Source: Treponemataceae bacterium
GTDB taxonomy: Bacteria > Spirochaetota > Spirochaetia > Treponematales > Rectinemataceae
DNA length: 64,000 nucleotides
Direction: 5' to 3'
NCBI GenBank assembly: GCA_963678065.2
Contig: CAXXVZ010000004.1
Location: 64,001-128,000, forward strand
Each line of letters begins with the position of its first letter. Position 1 is the first letter of the stretch. The notes under the pieces were generated by a model. It was given only the letters and a program-made list of their open reading frames with translations, was not told the origin of the DNA and did no database searches. Shown one piece after another: positions 1-8,874 of the stretch. The position numbers and the translations under genes were made by a program.

Positions 1-499
1 ACACACGGCTGTCCCCGTGGGGAAATCCGGATATCTCTATAGGGCGCGAGCCGGCCGCGATGATGCACTGTCCGAAGTGGAGGCCAAGCCGCCCATCGGC
101 CGTCTTCACCTCGAGGGTCGAAGAGGAGGAGAAGGCGCCTTCGCCCCGGATCACCTCTACCTTGCGGCGCTTCGCGAGGAATTCGAGTCCCTTGGTGAGG
201 GTTCCGACGACGGAATCGCGCTGGGCCCTCACTCTGCCGAGATCGATGGCCGGCTCGCCGAATGAAAGGCCGTATTTCGCCGCCCCCCTGGCCTGCTCGA
301 TGGTCTCTGCCAGGGTAAGGAGGCTCTTGGAGGGAATGCATCCGACGTTGAGGCAGACACCGCCCAGGGTCTGCCCCCTGTCGACGATGGTCACCTTCTT
401 GCCGGTTCCGGCGAGGATGTCGGCCGCGCGGAAGGCGGCGGTGTAGCCGCCCGGCCCGCCGCCGAGCACGAGGATGTCGGTATCGAGTGTCGTGTTCAT
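1..499 (-). CDS. lpdA: Dihydrolipoamide dehydrogenase (E3), 5' part; runs off the window edge
   Basis: Manual translation from ATG at 499 gives MNTTLDTDILVLGGGPGGYTAAFRAA...LGGVCLNVGCIPSK (FAD-binding GxGxxG and the redox disulfide CLNVGC); SD-like AAGGAAGG upstream; follows aceF. Confidence 0.93.
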   Translation of the reverse strand, partial: MNTTLDTDILVLGGGPGGYTAAFRAADILAGTGKKVTIVDRGQTLGGVCLNVGCIPSKSLLTLAETIEQARGAAKYGLSFGEPAIDLGRVRAQRDSVVGTLTKGLEFLAKRRKVEVIRGEGAFSSSSTLEVKTADGRLGLHFGQCIIAAGSRPIEISGFPHGDSRV

Positions 500-525
500 G
501 ATCCTTCCTTGTCGGCCTCGCCCAT

Positions 526-1929
526 TCAGATGAGGAGAGCGGCCGGATCGCCCATGAGGGCCGCGAAATGGCGGCAGAACCGCGCCCCCTCGGCCCCGTC
601 GATCGCCCTGTGATCGTAGGACAGCGAGAAGGGAAGCACAAGCCGCGGCAGGAAGCCGCCGGACTTTTCATCCCAGACAGGCCTCATCGTCGCACGCGAG
701 AGCCCGAGAATGGCGACCTCGGGCGGATTGATGATGGGCGTGAAGGCCGTGCCGCCGATACTCCCGAGGCTCGAAATCGTGAAGGTCGAGCCGGTCATGT
801 CGTCGGGCGTGAGTTTTCCGGCCGCGGCCTTGGCCGAGAGTTCCTTCAGTTCCGCGCCGATCTCCCGAAGGCTCTTTTTGTCCGCTCCCTTGATCGAGGG
901 AACGAGGAGCCCCGCCTCGGTCGATACCGCGAAACCTATGTTGTAGTATTTCTTGACGGCGAACTCTCCCTTTTCCGGAAGAAGGGTCGAGTTGAAGAGA
1001 GGGAATGCCTTGAGCGTCGCGACGCTCGCTTTTATCGCGAAGGCCAGAGCCGTGAGCTTGATACCCTCGGCTTCGAGATGCCGGTTCGAGCGCGAGCGGA
1101 AAGCCTCGAGCTCCGTGATGTCGACCTCGTCGAACTGGGTGACATGAGGAATCGTCTGCCAGCTCTCCGCGAGGCGCGGGCCGGAGAGGCGCTTGATGCG
1201 CGATGCGGGGACGATTTCGATTTCGCCGTATTTCCTGAAGGATTCGGGATCGACGGGGGAGGACTTCCTGAGGACATATGCCGCGTCGCCTCCGGTCCCG
1301 GACGGAAGGCCCGACTGGAGCGCCGCGAGGCGCGCCTTGACGTAGACGGCCACATCCTCGCGCCTGATCCTGCCCTTCGGCCCCGTCCCTCTCACGAAGG
1401 CGAGGTCGGCGCCCAGCTCGCGGGCGAAGAGCCTCACCGAGGGGGAGGCGTGGTAGAGCCCGTGCCCGGACGACGAAGGCGCTGTCTCCGGTTCCGGCGC
1501 GGACTCCGCCGTCCTGCCCATCCTGTCCGCCGGCGCAGGCAAAGGCGAGGGCGCGGATTCGGCGGCCATGGGCATCGGGGAAGCAGAAGCGGGGCCGGCC
1601 TCCTCAGAGGCCGGGATCTCCTCGGCGGTCGAGCTTTCTTCGGAGGCCGCGACCTTTTCGGTGACTGCGGCCTTTTCGGGGGCCTCCCCTTCCAGCTCGA
1701 GTGTCCCGAGGAGGTCGCCCTCCGAGACCTTGTCGCCGCGCACCACACTCACCGTGAGGACCCTGCCCGATTCGGGCGCGGGCACCTCGATCACAGCCTT
1801 CTCCGACTCGAGCGAAACCATCGGATCGTTCTTGGCGAGCGGAGTTCCGGCCACCATGAAAATCTCGACGACGGGAACTCCCGAGAAATCGCCGAGCTTC
1901 GGGACCCGCAGTTCCATAGTTCGTACCAT
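526..1929 (-). CDS. aceF: Pyruvate dehydrogenase E2 (dihydrolipoamide acetyltransferase), single lipoyl domain
   Basis: Lipoyl motif LESEKA, E3-binding domain (ASPSVRLFARELG..GTGPKGRI), catalytic SYDHRAIDG. Confidence 0.93.
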   Translation of the reverse strand: MVRTMELRVPKLGDFSGVPVVEIFMVAGTPLAKNDPMVSLESEKAVIEVPAPESGRVLTVSVVRGDKVSEGDLLGTLELEGEAPEKAAVTEKVAASEESSTAEEIPASEEAGPASASPMPMAAESAPSPLPAPADRMGRTAESAPEPETAPSSSGHGLYHASPSVRLFARELGADLAFVRGTGPKGRIRREDVAVYVKARLAALQSGLPSGTGGDAAYVLRKSSPVDPESFRKYGEIEIVPASRIKRLSGPRLAESWQTIPHVTQFDEVDITELEAFRSRSNRHLEAEGIKLTALAFAIKASVATLKAFPLFNSTLLPEKGEFAVKKYYNIGFAVSTEAGLLVPSIKGADKKSLREIGAELKELSAKAAAGKLTPDDMTGSTFTISSLGSIGGTAFTPIINPPEVAILGLSRATMRPVWDEKSGGFLPRLVLPFSLSYDHRAIDGAEGARFCRHFAALMGDPAALLI

Positions 1930-1940
1930 GCTGTCTCCCT

Positions 1941-4664
1941 TCAGACGGAAAGCCGATCCGGCCTGTCCGCGTCGATCCCGTAGATCTCCAGCGCCTTGAC
2001 GGGCGCGTCGGAGCCGATATCGCCCGCTTCCTTCAGGGCAGTCAGAGCGGCGAGCGCGATATGTCGGCGGTCGACTTCGAAGAAATCGCGCAGGGCTGTG
2101 CGCGTGTCGCTGCGCCCGAAGCCGTCCGTGCCGAGTACGGTGAGGGGCATCGGGACGAGACGCCGGACCTGTTCGGGGTAGGCGCGGATGTAATCGGTCG
2201 CGATGACGGCTGGCCCCGCGCGCCCAGAAAGCTGCGCGGTCATGTACGGAATACGGGATGGCTCAGCCGGGTGGAAGCGGTTCCAGCGCTCGGCCTCTAT
2301 GCCGTCCCGGTGGAGCTGGTTGATGCCGGGCAGGCTCCAGATGTCGGCTCCGACGCCGAAATCCGCCGCGAGCAGTTCTGCCGCCGCGATGACTTCGTTC
2401 AGAATGGCGCCGGAACCCATGAGCTGGACCCGCGGGCCTGGTGCGCCCGGCCCCGACAGGCCTGCCGCGGCGGCCTCGCTCTCCGTTCCAGCTCCGGATC
2501 CCGGCCGGGCCATTGTCGACCTGAGAAGGTACATGCCTCTGATTATGCCTTCCTCGGCCCCGGCGGGCATGGCGGGCTGGACGTAGTTCTCGTTGAGGAG
2601 GGATATGTAATAGTAGACATCCTCCTCGTCGCGGTACATCCGCCTCATTCCGTCCTGGAGAATGACGGCGAGCTCGTAGACGAAGCCCGGGTCGTAGGAG
2701 CGGCAGTTCGGGATGGTGGCCGCGAGGAGCTGACCGTGGCCGTCCTCGTGCTGGAGACCCTCGCCGTTGAGGGTAGTCCGCCCCGAAGTGGCGCCGAGGA
2801 GGAAGCCTCGGGCCCGGGAGTCGCCCGCGGCCCAGGCCATGTCGCCGATTCGCTGGAAGCCGAACATCGAGTAGAAGATGTAGAAGGGCATCATGTGGAC
2901 GCCGTAGTTGGCGTAGGCCGTGCCGGCCGCGATCCAGGAGGCCATGGAGCCGGCCTCGGTTATGCCCTCCTCCAGAATCTGGCCGGCGGGGTCCTCGCGG
3001 TACCACATGATGGATTCGGAGTCCTCGGGCTGGTAGAGCTGTCCCGCAGGCGAGTAGATGCCTATCTGGCGGAAGAGGCCCTCCATGCCGAAGGTTCGAG
3101 CCTCGTCGGCGACGATGGGCACAACCTGCTTTCCGATGTTTTTGTCTTTGACGAGGGTGTTGAGGAAGCGCACGAAGCCCATCGTCGTCGACATCTCTTT
3201 CTCGCCGGAACCCCCGAGGAGTCCGGCGAAATCAGAGAGGGGCGGGACCGCCGCAGGGCCGATCTTCCCGCGCCGCGAGGGAAGGTGGCCGCCGAGTTTT
3301 TCGCGCTGCCCGCGGATGAACGCGCCCTCGTCGCTTCCCGGAGCGGGTTTTATGAAGGGCAGAGCCTCGAGCTCCTCATCCTTGAGCGGGACGTGGAAGC
3401 GGTCCCGGAAAACCACGAGGGAGGCCAGGTCCATGCTCTTCTGACTGTGGGCGATGTTGGCCGACTCGCCGGAGCGACCCATGCCGTAGCCCTTGACCGT
3501 CTGCGCGAGGATGAGGGTGGGCTGTCCCCTGTGCGCCACTGCGGCCGCGTAGGCCGCGTACACCTTCCTGGGGTCGTGCCCGCCCCGCGACATCTGCTTC
3601 AGCTCCTGGTCGCTCATGTCCGCCACGAGCTCCGCGAGTCGGGGATCGCGGCCGAAGATCTTTTTCCGGATGTAGGCTCCGTCGCGGGAACCGATGGCCT
3701 GGAGTTCACCGTCGACCATGTTCCCGAGCGTCGCAAGGAGGATTCCATCTTTGTCCCGCGCGAGGATCGGATCCCACTCGCTTCCCCATATGACCTTGAT
3801 CACGTTCCAGCCGGCGCCGCGGAACACGCCTTCGAGTTCCTGGACGATCTTGCCGTTGCCGCGCACCGGGCCGTCCAGCCTCTGCAGGTTGCAGTTGATG
3901 ACGAATATGAGGTTGTCGAGCTTCTCGCGCGCCGCGAGGCTGATCGCTCCCCGGGTTTCCGGCTCGTCGGTCTCCCCGTCGCCGATGAAGGCCCAGACTT
4001 TCCGGCCCCCCGTTTTCGCGAGTCCGCGCGCCTCCATGTACTTCATGAATCTCGCCTGGTACATGGCGTCGATGGGGCCGAGTCCCATGGAGACCGTCGG
4101 GAATTCCCAGAAATCCTTCATGAGCCAGGGATGGGGGTAGGATGAAAGTCCGGTCCCGTCGGCTTCCCTCCGGAATTTTTCGAGGTCGGCTTCTTCGAGC
4201 CGCCCTTCGACGAAAGCCCGGGCGTAGATGCCGGGCGCCGAATGTCCCTGGAAGTAGACCATGTCGGCGCCGTTCTCCGCGCCGGGGCCCCTGAAGAACC
4301 AGTTGAAGCCGACCTCGTAGAGGACCGCCGAGGAGGCGAAGCTCGCTATGTGGCCGCCGATGCCGTGGAAATCCCGGTTCGCGCGCGCGACCATGGCCAT
4401 GGCGTTCCAGCGGACATAGGCCCCGACATTGCGCGCAACGAGGCTGCCCGCGGGTATTTTCCGTGATTTTTCCGGCGCTATCGTGTTCGCGTAGGCTGTC
4501 GTGGCGTCAAAGGGAAGGGCGACTCCACGCGAAAAAGCCCTGTCGGCGAGTCGCTTCAGGAGGAACTCCACCTTTGCCGGGCCTTCCGCCTCCATCAGGG
4601 CGTCGAGAGCTTTGAGCCACTCCTGGGTTTCTTCCGCATCCTGGTCCAGGAAGTTTTCCTCCAT
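1941..4664 (-). CDS. aceE: Pyruvate dehydrogenase E1, homodimeric type
   Basis: 907 aa; GGHIASFASS, FQGHSAPG, TPP motif GDGETDEPE..NCNLQRLDGP, GTDGFGRSDTR. Confidence 0.95.
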   Translation of the reverse strand: MEENFLDQDAEETQEWLKALDALMEAEGPAKVEFLLKRLADRAFSRGVALPFDATTAYANTIAPEKSRKIPAGSLVARNVGAYVRWNAMAMVARANRDFHGIGGHIASFASSAVLYEVGFNWFFRGPGAENGADMVYFQGHSAPGIYARAFVEGRLEEADLEKFRREADGTGLSSYPHPWLMKDFWEFPTVSMGLGPIDAMYQARFMKYMEARGLAKTGGRKVWAFIGDGETDEPETRGAISLAAREKLDNLIFVINCNLQRLDGPVRGNGKIVQELEGVFRGAGWNVIKVIWGSEWDPILARDKDGILLATLGNMVDGELQAIGSRDGAYIRKKIFGRDPRLAELVADMSDQELKQMSRGGHDPRKVYAAYAAAVAHRGQPTLILAQTVKGYGMGRSGESANIAHSQKSMDLASLVVFRDRFHVPLKDEELEALPFIKPAPGSDEGAFIRGQREKLGGHLPSRRGKIGPAAVPPLSDFAGLLGGSGEKEMSTTMGFVRFLNTLVKDKNIGKQVVPIVADEARTFGMEGLFRQIGIYSPAGQLYQPEDSESIMWYREDPAGQILEEGITEAGSMASWIAAGTAYANYGVHMMPFYIFYSMFGFQRIGDMAWAAGDSRARGFLLGATSGRTTLNGEGLQHEDGHGQLLAATIPNCRSYDPGFVYELAVILQDGMRRMYRDEEDVYYYISLLNENYVQPAMPAGAEEGIIRGMYLLRSTMARPGSGAGTESEAAAAGLSGPGAPGPRVQLMGSGAILNEVIAAAELLAADFGVGADIWSLPGINQLHRDGIEAERWNRFHPAEPSRIPYMTAQLSGRAGPAVIATDYIRAYPEQVRRLVPMPLTVLGTDGFGRSDTRTALRDFFEVDRRHIALAALTALKEAGDIGSDAPVKALEIYGIDADRPDRLSV

Positions 4665-4749
4665 ACAAACTCCTTACAAACTCCTCTCGGATCGTGAAAA
4701 ACAAGTCGCCGCGCTTTTTGTTTTCCGCTATCGTCATCTCACAGTATTA

Positions 4750-4777
4750 AAGCTATGGGCCTGGAATTGAATGTCAA
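4750..4777 (-). promoter_or_regulatory. Putative sigma70 promoter for aceE-aceF-lpdA
   Basis: Minus strand TTGACA-N16-TAGCTT. Confidence 0.45.
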
Positions 4778-4963
4778 GGAAAAGGGAGAGCCTTTATCTG
4801 TTTTTTTGCATATTCCGGGTGGAGGCGAGGACAAAGAGAACCTGGAAAAGAAGTTTTTTGTGCGAGGAGACAAAATCGGAAAAAAAAACACAAATCATTC
4901 CAATACGGCCGGGGAAACCTGCCCTACCATAGCAGCTGCATTGCGGAAAAAGGGAGGCGTCCG

Positions 4964-5986
4964 ATGGCGTCAAAAGGCTCCTACATAATCGTGGGCGAGA
5001 ATATTCACTGCACGCGCATCCGAATGGCGACGGGCAAATTCGTCACGACCCTGAAGGACGGGCGGAACGCCCTCGTCTTCAAGGCGGACAAGGAGACCCG
5101 GCATCTGCCGATCCCCGAATCATTCATCGCCGGAGACGAATGGCAGAACGGAAAGATCAAGCACGTGGCGGTGGCCATCCACCAGGGTATGTACGGCTCC
5201 GACGAGGACAAAGAGGCCGGAAGGGCCTATCTCGTCGCCATGGCCCGTGAGCAGGAGGCCGCCGGCGCCTGGTTCCTCGATGTGAACGTGGACGAATTCA
5301 GCCACGACAAGAGCGAAAAAATCAAGGCGATAGAGTGGACGGCATCGCTGCTCCAGTCGGCCGTGAGCCTGCCCCTCAGCATCGATTCCTCGGATCCCGG
5401 CATCCTCAAGGCCGGACTCGAAGCCTGCGACGCGGCGAAGGGCAAACCCCTCGTCAACTCGGTGTCCCTCGAACGGGCAAGCATGATTCCGATCGCCGCG
5501 AAGGCGGACGCCTGCGTCATTGCGGGAGCCACCGGCGAAAGCCGCATGCCCGAAACTGTCGACGAGCGGGTCGCCAATATCGGCCGGCTCATGTCGAGGC
5601 TGGAGGACGAAGGTTTCGCCCGCCGGGACATCTTCCTCGATCCCCTCGTCATGCCCGTGTCCGTCAATACGCAGAATCCTTCCCTTGTCCTGGAATCGGT
5701 GCGCATCCTGCGCTCGGCCTACGGCGAAGCCATCCACTTTGCGCCTGGCCTGAGCAATGTATCCTTCGGCCTTCCGAAGCGGAATGTCATCAACCAGACC
5801 TTCGCCTGGCTCTGCCTCCGGGAGGGCTGCGACGGCGGAATCGTCGATCCCATGCAGATCAACGACTCGGTCCTCGGCTCCATCGATTTCAACGATGAAT
5901 TCTACAGGCTCGCAAAGGATTTGCTGCTCGGGAACGACGAGTATGGCATGAACTTCATCACCGCTGTCCGCGAAGCGAAAGCCTGA
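4964..5986 (+). CDS. Pterin-binding methyltetrahydrofolate:corrinoid methyltransferase (AcsE/MetH pterin-domain family)
   Basis: IIVGENIH, LDVNVD, LSIDSSD, LVNSVS, IFLDPLVMP, GLSNVSFGLP motifs of the DHPS-like pterin-binding barrel. Confidence 0.85.
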   Translation: MASKGSYIIVGENIHCTRIRMATGKFVTTLKDGRNALVFKADKETRHLPIPESFIAGDEWQNGKIKHVAVAIHQGMYGSDEDKEAGRAYLVAMAREQEAAGAWFLDVNVDEFSHDKSEKIKAIEWTASLLQSAVSLPLSIDSSDPGILKAGLEACDAAKGKPLVNSVSLERASMIPIAAKADACVIAGATGESRMPETVDERVANIGRLMSRLEDEGFARRDIFLDPLVMPVSVNTQNPSLVLESVRILRSAYGEAIHFAPGLSNVSFGLPKRNVINQTFAWLCLREGCDGGIVDPMQINDSVLGSIDFNDEFYRLAKDLLLGNDEYGMNFITAVREAKA

Positions 5987-6003
5987 AGACCGGGAGAAAG
6001 ACC

Positions 6004-6801
6004 ATGAGACAACATATAGAGAACAAGATCTACCATGTCGAGATCCTGCCCCCGAAGCAGGATACCGAGAAACTCGAGGCCGACATGGAAAATTTCGCAG
6101 TCAAATTCAACCGCGTGATGGAGAGCGGCTACTGCGCCTGCATCACGGACAACGCCATGGGCAATCTGGCCTTCCAGGGCACCGAGATGATCGTCGAGCT
6201 CGGACTCGAGCCCAAGACCGACATGGTCCTCATACATCTCAATACTTTCCATACAAAAGAGAACCTTCACGAGATACTGGACGCCTGCGCCGCGAAAAAC
6301 ATCCACAACCTTCTTGTCATTTCAGGCGATGGTTCGGACCGACTCCCGCGGCTCTCTCCCGAGGACATCGGGGAGAAAGGCATCGAGGCGGTGACCTCGG
6401 TCGAGCTGCTCCGGTACATCGAGCGCGAGTATCCGGGCGTTTTCAACATGGGCGTGGCCTTCAATCCCTACGAGCCGGAAGAGCACGAGTTCGACAAAAT
6501 GAGGCGGAAGATCGACGCGGGGGCCCGGTTCATCATCACCCAGCCTGTGATCGAGCGCCATCCGGTCGTGGACAGACTCCTCGCCGCGTATTCCGGGATG
6601 CCCGTCATCGTCGAGGCGTGGATGAGCAAGAAACTCAGCCTGCTCTCGGAGGCGGTGGGCTATGAAATCCCCGAAGGCACGCCCTACGACCCCATGGCAT
6701 GTCTCCGAACACTTCACATCAACTATCCGAAATGCGGCATCTACCTGGCCCTCCTCGGTTTCAAGACCCAGTACGACCTTCTGGCCGGGTCCTGGAAATG
6801 A
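6004..6801 (+). CDS. metF: Methylenetetrahydrofolate reductase (short, divergent MetF)
   Basis: VEILPPK, CITDN, LIHLN, LLVISGD, GVAFNPY, KIDAGARFIITQP. Confidence 0.8.
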   Translation: MRQHIENKIYHVEILPPKQDTEKLEADMENFAVKFNRVMESGYCACITDNAMGNLAFQGTEMIVELGLEPKTDMVLIHLNTFHTKENLHEILDACAAKNIHNLLVISGDGSDRLPRLSPEDIGEKGIEAVTSVELLRYIEREYPGVFNMGVAFNPYEPEEHEFDKMRRKIDAGARFIITQPVIERHPVVDRLLAAYSGMPVIVEAWMSKKLSLLSEAVGYEIPEGTPYDPMACLRTLHINYPKCGIYLALLGFKTQYDLLAGSWK

Positions 6802-6811
6802 GGGGCGCGGC

Positions 6812-7609
6812 ATGAAGATCGTCGTCTGCATCAAGCAGGTTCCCGGAACGAACGACGCGAAGATCGATCCTGAAACCAAGAGAATCATCCGCGAAGGCAT
6901 AAAGGCGACCATGAACCCCTTCGACACCTACGCGCTCGAAGAGGCTGTCCGGATAAAGGAAAAGATCGGGGGGGAGGTCATCGCCCTTTCCATGGGACCG
7001 CCCCGCGCCGACATCGTCCTCCGCGAGGCGATTTCCGTCGGGGCCGACAGGGGCATCCTCCTGAGCGATCGGGCTTTCGGCGGATCGGACACATGGGCGA
7101 CGAGCTATGCCCTTTCGAGGGCTGTGGAGAAGATCGGCGGAGTCGACCTCGTGATCTGCGGCAAGCAGGCCATCGACGGCGATACCGCCCAGGTCGGCCC
7201 CGGAATCGCAGCCCAGCTGAGCTGGGCGCAGGCTACCTATGTCATGGCCATCTCGGGAATAGAGCAGGGGGAGGGAGGGACGTTTCTGGCCAAGCGCATG
7301 CACGAGGATGGCTTCGATATCTGCCAAGTCAGCTTCCCCGTCGTCGTCACGGTCGTGAAGGATATCAACCAGCCCCGGATTCCCACCCTCAAGGGCCGAC
7401 TCGCCGCGCAAAAATGTGAAGTCCAGGTCTGGACAGCGGCGGATATCGGAGCGGAACCCGATAAAATCGGCCTCGACGGATCGCCGACACGGGTAGTCAA
7501 GACCAACCCTCCCCCCGCGAGGAAAACCAACACGCTCAAAGTTTCCGGGACGGCGGCGGAATGCGCCGAAGCTCTCCTGCGCAAGCTCAGATCGATGAGC
7601 CTCGTGTAA
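6812..7609 (+). CDS. etfB: Electron transfer flavoprotein beta subunit
   Basis: MKIVVCIKQVP, NPFDTYALEEA, DRAFGGSDTWATS, GKQAIDGDTAQVGP; start placed at ATG 6812. Confidence 0.93.
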   Translation: MKIVVCIKQVPGTNDAKIDPETKRIIREGIKATMNPFDTYALEEAVRIKEKIGGEVIALSMGPPRADIVLREAISVGADRGILLSDRAFGGSDTWATSYALSRAVEKIGGVDLVICGKQAIDGDTAQVGPGIAAQLSWAQATYVMAISGIEQGEGGTFLAKRMHEDGFDICQVSFPVVVTVVKDINQPRIPTLKGRLAAQKCEVQVWTAADIGAEPDKIGLDGSPTRVVKTNPPPARKTNTLKVSGTAAECAEALLRKLRSMSLV

Positions 7610-7645
7610 CAGCGCAACCACAGCTTTCCTTAGGAGCACGAACCG

Positions 7646-8662
7646 ATGATCGCGAACACCGATGAATTGAGAAAAGCATACAGCAATATCTGGGTCATGG
7701 CGGAAGTTCAGGGGAACCGTATCCAGAAAGTGACCTTCGAACTCCTCGGGGCCGCGAGGTCCCTCGCCGATGCCCGAAAATCCGAGCTGTGGTGTGTCGT
7801 TCTGGGCACGGGACTGGAGCCGGAACTGGAGGCCCTTTTCCACGGAGGAGCCGATGTGGTCCTCGTCGTGGACGACCCGCGATTCGCCGAGTTCGTGGAC
7901 GAAGACCAGGCGGCCGTCCTCGTTCGCCTGATGAAAACACACAGACCGGAAGTCGTCGTGTGCGGCGCCACGACGCGCGGTCGCGCCCTCATTCCCCGCG
8001 TGGCGGTCCGGGCCAACTGCGGACTCACGGCCGACTGCACCGGCCTCGGCATTGACCCCGAAAACGGTGATCTTTTGCAGACTCGGCCCGCTTTCGGGGG
8101 AAACATAATGGCCACCATCAGGTGCTCCAACCACAGACCCCAGATGGCCACTGTACGGCCGCGCGTCATGAACGCGCTCGCGCCTGATCCCTCCAGGACC
8201 GGCCGCATCCTCCGCGAAACCTTCCTCGACTCCGAAGAAACAAAGCTGAAAAAGGTGATCGAGATCTTCCACGACACGGAGAACACCGTCAACCTGGCCG
8301 ACGCCCGCTTCATCGTCTCCGGCGGACGCGGCATGAAGGGGCCGGAGGGCTTCAAGCTCCTGAAAAGCTTCGCCGAGCACGTCGGCGGAGCGGTCGGCGC
8401 CAGCAGGGCCGCGGTCGACTCAGGATGGGTTCCCTACAGCCATCAGGTGGGCCAGACCGGTCAGACAATACAGGCCCAGGTATATGTCGCCTGCGGGATC
8501 TCCGGGCAGATACAGCACCTGGTCGGCATGCAGTCCTGCGACTACATCATCGCCATCGACAAGAATCCGGACACCCCGATGATGCAGCTGGCCGATCTCG
8601 CCATTACCGGCGACCTCTTCGAAGTGATACCCGAGCTCATCCGCCGGCTCGCGGAGACTTGA
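7646..8662 (+). CDS. etfA: Electron transfer flavoprotein alpha subunit
   Basis: GLTADCT, TRPAFGGNIMATI, GASRAAVDSGW, QVGQTG, GISGQIQHLVGM. Confidence 0.93.
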   Translation: MIANTDELRKAYSNIWVMAEVQGNRIQKVTFELLGAARSLADARKSELWCVVLGTGLEPELEALFHGGADVVLVVDDPRFAEFVDEDQAAVLVRLMKTHRPEVVVCGATTRGRALIPRVAVRANCGLTADCTGLGIDPENGDLLQTRPAFGGNIMATIRCSNHRPQMATVRPRVMNALAPDPSRTGRILRETFLDSEETKLKKVIEIFHDTENTVNLADARFIVSGGRGMKGPEGFKLLKSFAEHVGGAVGASRAAVDSGWVPYSHQVGQTGQTIQAQVYVACGISGQIQHLVGMQSCDYIIAIDKNPDTPMMQLADLAITGDLFEVIPELIRRLAET

Positions 8663-8874
8663 TCCCGCGGAGTCCTGCCCCTGAGGAGTCCTGACCCGGC
8701 CATTCGTTGCGATCCCATCCCCCGCTCCCCTCTTTAGCGTCCGGCCGACTCCGCGAAGGCATCCAGTCCGGAAAAGTTTGCCGCGTCGGAGACGAATGCG
8801 GCTTGTCCTCCCGGCGGCGACGCGCTATACCCTTCAGGGACGGAGCACAGCGCATGCGAGAGGATTCAGGGCAC

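Noticed and set aside
2061..4145. Long antisense/overlapping ORFs (for example 2061-4145, 6761-8380, 8866-10413, 15972-17669, 35146-36552)
   Set aside because: Shadow frames expected from high GC3 codon bias opposite well-supported genes; no recognisable motifs.
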